Made by a program: the position numbers and the translations under genes. This document shows, piece after piece, positions 1 through 9,500 of a DNA stretch of 64,000 nucleotides. Below the pieces are notes generated by a model that had not been told where the DNA came from, ran no database searches, and saw only the letters and a program-made list of their open reading frames with translations. Source of the DNA: Macrostomum hystrix (taxonomy: Eukaryota > Animalia > Platyhelminthes); NCBI GenBank assembly GCA_950097015.1, contig CATNEN010000029.1, forward strand, positions 1,054,001 to 1,118,000. Reading direction: 5' to 3'. Numbering within the stretch: the first letter of the stretch is position 1; the number at the start of each line of letters is the position of its first letter.

Positions 1-470
1 CCCCAGTTGATGATGATCACCCAGTTGACAATGATCCCACAGTTGACATTGATCCCCCAGTTTACAATGATCCCACAGTTGACAATGATCCCCCAGTTCA
101 CAATGATCCCCCAGATAATGATGATCCACCAGTTGAAGATGATCACTCTGTTGACAATGATCCCCCAGTTGATGATGATCACCCAGTTGACAATTATCTC
201 CCAGTTGACTATGATCCCCCATTGATGATGATCCCCAGTTGACAATGTTACCCCAGTTGGCCATTACCCCCTAGTTGACAATGATCCCCCAGTTGATGAT
301 GATCACCCAGTTGACAATGATCTCCCAGTTGACCATGATCCCCCATTTGATGATGACTCCCAAATGATGATGATCCCCATTTGACAATGATCCCCAGTTG
401 ACCATGATCCCCCATTTGATGATGATTCCCCAGTTTACAATTAACCCACAGTTGACGATTATCCCCCAGT
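1..470. repeat. Degenerate 18-21 bp minisatellite
   Basis: Unit about ccccagttgacaatgatc; truncated by the window start. Confidence 0.9.
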
Positions 471-474
471 TCTG

Positions 475-990
475 ATTTAGCTATGATTCAAACTCTGGTT
501 TTGCAATGATTTAAACTCTGGTTTAGCCATGATTCAGACGCTGGTTGGCCATGATTCAAACGCTGGTTTAGCCATGATTCAAACTCTGGTTTAGCCATGA
601 TTGAAACTCTGGTTTAGCCATGACTCAAACTCTGGTTTAGCCATGATTCAAACTCTGGTTTATCCATGATTCAAACTCTTGTTTAGCCATGACTCAAACT
701 CTGGTTTAGCCATGATTCAAACTCTGGTTTATCCATGATTCAAACTCTTGTTTAGCCATGATTCAAACGCTGGTTTTGCCATGATTCAAACTCTGGTTTA
801 GCCATGATTGAAACTCTGGTTTAGCCATGACTCAAACTCTGGTTTAGCCATGATTCAAACTCTGGTTTATCCATGATTCAAACTCTTGTTTAGCCATGAC
901 TCAAACTCTGGTTTAGCCATGATTCAAACTCTGGTTTATCCATGATTCAAACTCTTGTTTAGCCATGATTCAAACGCTGGTTTTGCCATG
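475..990. repeat. 23-bp minisatellite, left part
   Basis: Unit ttagccatgattcaaactctggt, about 22 copies; the same unit resumes at 2021. Confidence 0.95.
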
Positions 991-1298
991 AGAACTAATT
1001 TCCCCAGCAGCAGAGAACTAATTCCCCCAGCAGCAGAGAACTAATTCCCCCAGCAGCAGAGAACTAATTCCCCCAGCAGCAGAGAACTAATTCCCCCAGC
1101 AGCAGAGAACTAATTCCCCCAGCAGCAGAGAACTAATTCCCCCAGCAGCAGAGAACTAATTCCCCCAGCAGCAGAGAACTAATTCCCCCAGCAGCAGAGA
1201 ACTAATTCCCCCAGCAGCAGAGAACTAATTCCCCCAGCAGCAGAGAACTAATTCCCCCAGCAGCAGAGAACTAATTCCCCCAGCAGCAGAGAACTAAT
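990..1298. repeat. 23-bp homogeneous minisatellite
   Basis: Unit gagaactaattcccccagcagca, about 13 near-identical copies. Confidence 0.95.
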
Positions 1299-1705
1299 GT
1301 TCTCCAAACAGAAGAGAACCTCCATAATACGAGAATGGAGGCTACTTGCAGGCTACCAAACTCGCAGCAAGAAATGTTTGCCCTTTTCTTTGACAGGAAA
1401 CCATTGCCCCTGAATAGCATAGAAACGATGTATCCATCGTTTTACTCAGCCCAGAAGGCAACAAATATCTCCTGTTACATCTCCTGTTACATGTGGCACG
1501 GTAGATACATTTAGAAAACTGTTAAACACATTTAGAAAATCGTTGAGCACTTTAGAAAACGGTTTCGATCAGTGTTCGTCGAATAAAGTTTTATAATTAT
1601 TATTATTAAATAAGCTATTTTTTTGATCGAATAACGCTTAAAACAATGCTCAAAAAATAGAAAAATTTGAAATAATTTACGCTCTTAGCTGCGCTCAATA
1701 TTTTT

Positions 1706-2004
1706 GCTATACCAATGCCACGCGGGCGAGAAAAAGCACCGATGCAATCTAATAAAACTGACAGTGTCCGGCCCTATTCTAATTTAACCTTGTTTGGCCT
1801 CCTATTGAAAGCAATAGGAAAACTCGTTTTTCGAATATTTAATATTGTTAGCATTGAAGCAGACTAACGAAATTTTCAAGGTCTCATGCCAGTAAAATTT
1901 TGCATGTTTAGCAAAAAACGCGATCAAATTTGGTTGAGGCATTTAGCCTGTGTATCGAAATTCCACAGACAGACAGACTTTAGAGATTTAGTATAGTTGG
2001 AGGA
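1706..2004 (+). mobile_element. Interspersed non-autonomous repeat (Helentron/Helitron-like end), copy A
   Basis: About 150 bp nearly identical to 3612-3770. Ends in cagacagacagactttagagatttagtatagt, like copies B and C. The class assignment is tentative. Confidence 0.5.
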
Positions 2005-2020
2005 TTGGAGGAAGGAAGGA

Positions 2021-2352
2021 TGGTTTTGCCATGATTCAGACTCTGGTTTAGCCATGATTCAAACTCTGGTTTTGCCATGATTCAAACTCTTGTTTAGCCA
2101 TGATTCAAACTCTTGTTTAGCCATGATTCGAACTCTGGTTTAGCCATGATTCAAACTCTGGTTTTGCCATGAATCAAATTCTGGTTTAGCCATGATTCAA
2201 ACGCTGGTTTTGCCATGATTTAAACTCTGGTTTTGCCATGATTCAGAATCTGGTTTAGCCATGATTCAGACGCTGTTTTAGCCATGATTCAGACTCTGGT
2301 TTTGCCATGATTCAAACTCTATTTTTGCAATGATTCAAACTCAGATTTGCTA
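2021..2352. repeat. 23-bp minisatellite, right part
   Basis: Same unit as 475-990, about 14 copies. Confidence 0.95.
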
Positions 2353-2445
2353 TGATTTATGATATATGATATTTTATTTACGAATTGAAAAAAAAATTAA
2401 AATAATCTTTAATCACTACTGGCTGACTATTAGTTTAAATGATTT

Positions 2446-2528
2446 GACGCAGTGCAGAGTCGAACCAGGGACACTTCGCCTAGCCTAGCCTAACCTATTC
2501 CTAGTGCCTACACATCGGCTATTCCGAC
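2446..2528 (-). other. Degenerate tRNA/SINE-head relic
   Basis: The minus strand reads gtcggaatagccgatgtgtaggcac ... ctggttcgactctg (B box). The anticodon arm is replaced by aggct repeats, so this is not an intact tRNA. Confidence 0.35.
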
Positions 2529-2785
2529 TGTTGGTTAGTGGGTGCAGAAATCAGCCTTATAAAATGAATTCTCAAAGTTCTGGCTTTGTACAATGAAGTG
2601 AGAAAATAGAGTACACTCAGTCTCGCGGTTGGTTGTGTACATTTATTTCCAATTTGTCTCCAGAGTGCAGGCTTCAAATTCAATCAGCTAGGGGTTGTTG
2701 CGCAATTTGACGATGCAATTCTAATTCAGTGGCAGTGAGTGAAATTCTCAATAGGCCAAGATTATTTGACCTTTGAAAAAATCAT

Positions 2786-2961
2786 GTTTTTCGAATATTT
2801 AATACCCTTGGCATTGAGACAGAATGATGAAATTTGATCAGTCTAATCCTTGGATGAATTGGCACTTTTTGGTGAAAACAGGAAAAAAATTGGTCTAGCC
2901 ATTCATTCGCTAGAGCGTTTCAGATGGACAGACAGATCTTAGACATTTAGTATAGTAGGAT
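2786..2961 (+). mobile_element. Same interspersed repeat, copy B (3' part)
   Basis: About 176 bp identical to 3733-3908 except one base; ends gacagacagatcttagacatttagtatagtaggat. Confidence 0.6.
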
Positions 2962-3017
2962 TTGCCTCGCGACTCTTCTGCAATGCACTTTTGGCACCAC
3001 GCTTTGCCATTGTAACA

Positions 3018-3053
3018 ACTGACTGACTGACTGACTGACTGACTGACTGACTG
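3018..3053. repeat. (ACTG)n microsatellite
   Basis: About 9 perfect units. Confidence 0.95.
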
Positions 3054-3539
3054 AATATGGATGGATTGTACTTTAAGATACGAGTAGATAAGAGCACGAG
3101 TGCGTACAAATATTATTAACAATAATGAACAGTATAAATAAAAATAATAACAATAACAGTAACTTATCTTAGAAATTATTGCAGGATTGAGTGATTAAGA
3201 GCTTTGAGGAGTGGAGTGAAAACATTTCGCTGAAGATACAGTAGTCAGTTATATATTAACTGACTGACGCAGTCGGATGACACAATCACCCATTGACACC
3301 CGGCAGGGATAGAAAGTAGAAATGTACACACAGGAGAACAGGAGAGTGCTGAGGCAGTGGGCCTGTTGGACAGCAATAACGCAATTCACTTACAAATCAG
3401 ACTGTAGACTGATGCCAGGGGTACACATGCCTTTGCACATTGCCAAGTGAGCCAACAAACTCCCTTTCCCTCATTGAAATCTGCTATGTACGTTTTACTT
3501 ATTCAAATGAAATCACCCAATCAGCCAAGAGAAAAATTT

Positions 3540-3908
3540 TTTAACGCACGTACGGGTCGAAAAGCAGTGACGCAATTCTATTCAATTGAGAAGTATCGGG
3601 CCCTGTTCAGTGCTATACCAATGCACGCGCGGGCGAGAAAAAGCACCGATGCAATCTAATAAAACTGACAGTGTCCAGCCCTATTCTAATTTAACCTTGT
3701 TTGGCCTCCTATTGAAAGCAATAGAAAAACTCGTTTTTCGAATATTTAATACCCTTGGCATTGAGACAGAATGATGAAATTTGATCAGTCTAATCCTTGG
3801 ATGAGTTGGCACTTTTTGGTGAAAACAGGAAAAAAATTGGTCTAGCCATTCATTCGCTAGAGCGTTTCAGATGGACAGACAGATCTTAGACATTTAGTAT
3901 AGTAGGAT
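3540..3908 (+). mobile_element. Same interspersed repeat, copy C
   Basis: Shares its 5' part with copy A and its 3' part with copy B. Small ctagc..gctag hairpin and GACA microsatellite before the end. Confidence 0.6.
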
Positions 3909-4454
3909 GATGTGCCTTTGCCAACAGCCCTCCTGCAATTATTATTATTATGATTATTCTCCCAAACCAAATCCTCCCCGACCAGAAACTTCCAAACAGG
4001 AATCTTCCTTGCCCCGAATATTCCCCTCCCGATTCCTCACAACACGAATTTTCCCAACCCAAGCATTATTTACCGCTTTCTATTGCTTTCAGCCTCTAAG
4101 AGTTCCTATCAGAATGACTTTCCCTGAAGCGATTCGTCACAGCGGTAATCTAGGCAGCGATCCTGTGATGTCTGTCAAGCCTCCAATTAGCTAATCGATT
4201 GCTGTCGGTTGCCAAACAAACCTTTGTAGCACTCGCTGAATAAATAACTACATATTTGCTATTGTTGATCGATTCTTGGAAGAGTCGCATCACTTGAGAC
4301 ATCGACTGGCTAGTGCGTTGTCACGAGCGAAGGAATAGAGTTAGTTTTTTTTCTATCAGATAATTAAAGTAATATTATGGATTGCTAATCTATCTCATTA
4401 GTGAAATTGGTAAAATATCCTAATTGAATAAATATAGAAAGAAAATAATAATAG

Positions 4455-4746
4455 CTATTGATTACACCTGCCCCAATCGGGCCAGATGTGCAGCCGTCAG
4501 CACAGCCGCAGCTATTGCACGGCGCATCTGAAGACTGCGTACGGCTGTTCAGTCCATGGACTGGATGGACGCCACACCCAACCTCCATTATCCTGCAGCT
4601 GGTTACCAATTTAACAGCTGGGTGAACTGAAGCAACGCAAATTTAAGTGTCTTGCTAATGGACACATTGTTCCAGTTAAGTCGGGAATCGAACCACCGAC
4701 CTTCAAGTCGCAAGTCGGACATTCTAACCACTAGGCTACAACCCCT
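4455..4746 (-). mobile_element. SINE family B (tRNA-Ala-like head, CORE-like centre), full-length copy
   Basis: The minus strand reads ggggttgtagcctagtggttagaatg (A box) ... ggttcgattcc (B box), then gtgtcc..gcaagacacttaa..ttgcttcagttcacccagctgttaaa, a shared 3' domain (gtccatggactgaacagc..gctgcacatctg.ccca.t.gggcaggtgtaatc) and an AT-rich tail. Confidence 0.85.
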
Positions 4747-5537
4747 GCTATAGCAGGTTACAACCGCTGCTAGACTACAACCCCTGCTAGGCTACAACCC
4801 CACTTAGGCTACAAACCCTGCTAGGCTACAACCCCAGTTAGGCTGCAACCCCACTTAGGCTACAACCCCAGTTAGGCTGCAACCCCTGCTAGGCTACAAC
4901 CCCAGTTAGGCTGCAACCCCACTTAGGCTACAACCCCTGCTAGGCTACAACCCCTGCTAGGCTACAACCCCTGCTAGGCTACAACCCCAGCTAGGCTACA
5001 ACCCCTGCTAGGCTGCAACCCTTGCTAGGCTGCAACCCTTGCTAGGCTGCAACCCCACTTAGGCTACAACCCCTGCTAGGCTACAAACCCTGCTAGGCTA
5101 CAACCCAAGCTAGGCTACAACCCAAGCTAGGCTACAACCCAAGCTAGGCTACAACCCCTGCTAGGCTGCAACCCCTGCTAGGCTGCAACCCCACTTAGGC
5201 TACAATCCCTGCTAGGCTACAAACCCTGCTAGGCTACAACCCAAGCTAGGCTACAACCCAAGCTAGGCTACAACCCAAGCTAGGCTACAACCCCTGCTAG
5301 GCTACAACCCCTGCTAGGCTACAACCCCACTTAGGCTACAATCCCTGCTAGGCTACAAACCCTGCTAGGCTACAACCCAAGCTAGGCTACAACCCCTGCT
5401 AGGCTACAACCCCACTTAGGCTACAACCCCTGCTAGGCTACAACCCCAGTAATGCTACAACCCCTGCTAGGCTACAACCCCAGTAATGCTACAACCCCTA
5501 CTAGGCTACAAACCCATGCTAGGCTGCAACCCCTGCT
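4731..5537. repeat. 17-bp minisatellite derived from the SINE-B 5' end
   Basis: Unit ctaggctacaacccctg, about 45 copies, continuous with the SINE head ccactaggctacaacccct. Confidence 0.95.
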
Positions 5538-6533
5538 ACGACAAGCACAAATATTTTAATTAAAAATAGGCCCTGTGAAATGGATTCTACGGACTCTCCG
5601 TAGCAACAGCGTACGCAGCTACAGTAGAAGCATTAGGATAGCAGATCTTGGGGGATGCCAGTGGGTCAGGCGGACTAATATCAGTTAAACTTCTAACGCA
5701 ATTGGTCCCCGACGTAACTGCAGTTCAGGCCTATATCCGCCATCTTGTCAAGCGCATGCTGGGGCGAGGGTTTGTAGGATAGATTGGGAGGCCGACCACA
5801 CGCCACCCACCCTCCCTCCCAGCCCGTCTCTTCCCAACTCTCTACCTCACTGAGGATCCGCTATAGAGGATCAGGGGATGGAAAAAAGCCTGCAACCAAC
5901 CCCCGCTCCGCCTCACCCGATGCTGGAGGGCATGCGGGCTTCCTGCATTGACAGGGACTGAAGCTCGGGAGCCATACCATATTCACTGTGTGTTTTCGTA
6001 CACCAACCACTCCAGTTCCTCCGTCCCCTCTATTCTCCACTTCCCATCCTCCGTCTCTCTCATCCTTTTTTTCTCCAAGATACACATTCGTTCTCCTTAG
6101 TCTCCTCCACCAACCCGCACAGCCGGTGGATCCTTCCCCAATCCACAGATCCTCCAAAAACGCGCACACACATTCTGGCACGATAAAAAACTTACCCCCC
6201 CTACATCGCAACGTCCCACGAATCCGAAGCCTCCAAGGCCAGCCGGCCTCGCCGTAGACTTCCCCCACCTCCTCCTGATTTCCATAGCCAAACCGGCCAT
6301 CAGCTGAAAGTGACGGAGGGAACGGAGTAAAAGGGGAAGAGCGACAGCGCAGGCGAACCAGCGCAGAGCGACGACTCGACCTTCGAAATCACCGATTTGC
6401 GCGCCACACAACCGAGCGAGCAGACGAAGTCAAACAAGGCCAACGTCAGACCCTCCACCTCGGCGAGTTGGAGGCATCGCCGGCGCTTGTCGATGCTCGA
6501 CGGTGACAGGCTGCAGCGCCGCAGCCGAGCCGC

Positions 6534-9500
6534 ATGTCCCGGTTGGCCGGAGCCTCCCAGCAGCTGCTAGCAGCGCCGGAGCCGCAGCCGCATGCTGCGC
6601 TTGTCGCCGAGTTCCATAGAGCTCCGTCTGAGCCCCCACCTCTGCTGCCGCCGACGCCTCCGCCGCCGCCCGTGTCGATGCAGGCAACGACGACGTCGTC
6701 GACGACGGTGGATTTCAGCAACGGCAGCAGCAGCAGCTGGCGTCGGGGGCAGAGGTGCAGGCCGAAGGGTACCTCGTCGACGACGTCGGCGTGACGGCGC
6801 CGAAGAAGACGACGAAGAGGATGAGGATGGAGCAGCAACAGACGATGATGATGACGATCTTGACGACGAGGACGAAAAAGACGATGAAGACGATGAAATG
6901 GACGAAGAAGACGAAGAAGAAGAGGAGGAGCTGATGAATGGCGACCTGGGCCTGCATTATCCCACGCTGGCTGAGCCGCGCAGCGTCCGTCATCCCACTG
7001 AGCTGAACCCGGCGGCCGACCTCTGCAGCTGGTTAGTGCGCTACGCCGGCCTGTCGCTTCTCTGTCTGCCCCTTCTGGCCCTCGCCTGCATCGCCTGCCT
7101 CCCGCTCGCCTGTCTCCGTCTGGCGGCGCGCGCCTGCGGCCGGACACCCCTCGGTCATCGGGAGCTCGCCTGGCTCCGCCGTGACGCCGGAGCTGTTGTC
7201 GCCCGTCTAGATGTCAGGACGGGCAAAGGGAGCGTCAGCGGGGGTGGCGGCTCCAGTGGGAACCTGACTTTGGCGCGTGTGCGACAGCTCGTAGGTCAGC
7301 GTGTAGTTGGAGCCGAGGATAAATCTGGCGAACGTCGATACCCGCGGTTCAGCCAGCGGCTTGAGGTCAGTCTTGCTTGTGGCATGTTAAGTCTGGCCTG
7401 TAGGGTGCAAGAACCATGGAGTGAGACGGCTGTGGAGTGAGGTGGCTGTTTAATAAGGTGGGTGTTTTGTGAGGTGGCTGTGGAGTGAGTTGGCTGTGGA
7501 GTGAGTTGGCTGTGGAGTGAGGTGGCTGTGGAGTGAGTGAGCTGTGGAGTAAGTGAGCTGTGGAGTGAGGTGGCTTGTGAAGGAGGTGGTTTCAAATGTT
7601 AGTATTTTGCCACAGGCCACAGCTACAGTCAACTAAAGATCGGCGATGTCACAATTTTAGGATACCTGCGCAGGCCCGGTGTGGTCAACCGACGTCACCT
7701 TCAACCTCGACGATCACGTCCGCGAAATCCAGCCCAGACTACGCAACTCGGCTGATCTTTCAGCCTTCCTTGCCTCTTCAGCTTCTCGACCGTTTGCCTG
7801 CGATCGTCCCCTCTGGGAGCTGCAGTTTCAGGCGGCCTCTGGCGCTGGCGACGACTCCCTTCTGATATATAGGCAGCACCCGAGCTTCGCTGACGGTGTC
7901 AGCATGACGCGTCTTCTGTCTAGTGCGCTGTGCGACTCGCCCCAGGAGACGACGTCAATGCCGCCGATGAGAACCGCGAGGTCGACATCAAGAGGGTCGA
8001 ATTCAGCGACAGTGGCATCGGCTGAGGCTGGCGGCCTGACAGTCTCCAGCCTGCTCGAGGAAGCTCGCTGCCTGTTCCTGGCCCCCGCGGTGCTGCTGTT
8101 GCACTACCTGCTGGGCCGCACCGACTGCAACCCGCTGCACGGCGGCCCGCAGAGGCTTGCTAGGCGCCGCCGACCAGCCCAGCTGCGAGCTCGACTGGAT
8201 GCTCGCCAGGTTTGGCGCGTCCGCCAGGTGACCCGCACCAGCCTCAACGACACCTGCCTGCTGCTGCTGACTGGGGCGCTGCGGTCCTACCAGCAGCTGC
8301 TGGGTCTGCCGCATCCGCCCGACTGTCGGGCCGCGTTGGCTGTTGACCTCGGTGGGGAGGCTGCGGCGGCCGATCTTGGCAGCCGCTATGCCTTGTCAAC
8401 AGTCCGACTGCCCGTCAGCGTTGAGGGCATGCTGCCGCAGCTCTGGCAGTTGCGCAATCGCCTATCGGAGCTCCGCGCCGAGGCCAGATTTCGAACGGTC
8501 CGCCTAGTCGACGCCCTCCTGTTCCGCGCCCTGCCAGCCGGCCTGGCCAGCCGCGCTGTCCAGCTGCACACCAACCGTGCCAGCTGCCTGGCACTCTGCC
8601 TGCAGGGCCCGCCTGGTCCCTGTGTGGATGGACGGCTGCCAGGTGGCCAGCATTTGCTACTGGTTTCCCGCTGCTGAGCCAGTCCGACTGGCTGTGACCT
8701 TCTACGCCTACGCAGACCGGCTGTGCGTCGGCTTGTCCGCCAGCCAGTCCGTGCGCTGCCCGCGCCTGCTCATCCGCTGCATGCGGGCTCAGGTGCGACT
8801 ACTTCTGACTCCCGATTCTCTGAGTCCCGATTCTTCTGAGTCCCGATTCTCTGAGTCCCGATTCTTCTGAGTCCCGATTCTCTGAGTCCCGATTCTTCTG
8901 AGTCCCGATTCTCTGAGTCCCGATTCTTCTGAGTCCCGATTCTCTGAGTCCCGATTCTTCTGAGTCCCGATTCTCTGAGTCCCGATTCTTCTGAGTCCCG
9001 ATTCTCTGAGTCCCGATTCTTCTGAGTCCCGATTCTCTGAGTCCCGATTCTTCTGAGTCCCGATTCTTCTGAGTCCCGATTCTCTGAGTCCCGATTCTAC
9101 CTTATCCCGATTCTTCCGAATCCCAATTCTTCCGAATCCCAATTCTTCCAAATCCCGATTCTTCTGAAATCCCGATTCTTCCGAATTCCGATTCTTCCGA
9201 ATCTCGATTTTTCCAAATCCCGATTCTTCTGAATCCCGATTCTTCCTAATGAAAGGTGTGCTTTAATGCATTTCCTTTAATCTCAGGTCTGCCTTCGGCT
9301 CCGATTTCAATCAGAGGTTTTTCTTCCGGGCGCTATAATCACAGACAGCTCAGATTTCCATATCCTTATCGTCATCTTCCTCCCACCTGTCTTGGCAAAT
9401 TCCCCTGAAGCCTTCCTCATTTGCCACTTCACGCCTCGCAAGTAAGCGGAAATGTGCAAACGGATAGGCGGGCCTCTTCGTAAAGGAATGGGAGGAAATT

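Noticed and set aside
4731-5537. Telomere-like repeat (ttaggc/ctaggc)
   Set aside because: The unit is 17 bp and traceable to the SINE head; there are no TTAGGG runs in the window.
6430-7147. Minus-strand ORFs over GC-rich exons (also 14410-15892 +, 19445-20059 +, 48612-49004 -, 53232-53829 -)
   Set aside because: Antisense or alternate-frame shadows of real exons, with no recognisable domains.
9286-9445. Possible WS/DGAT terminal exon after ttaatctcag
   Set aside because: The translation is unconvincing. The exon at 12006 continues in phase with exon-like composition (SAALSKLLEHRRIPGE) and fits better.
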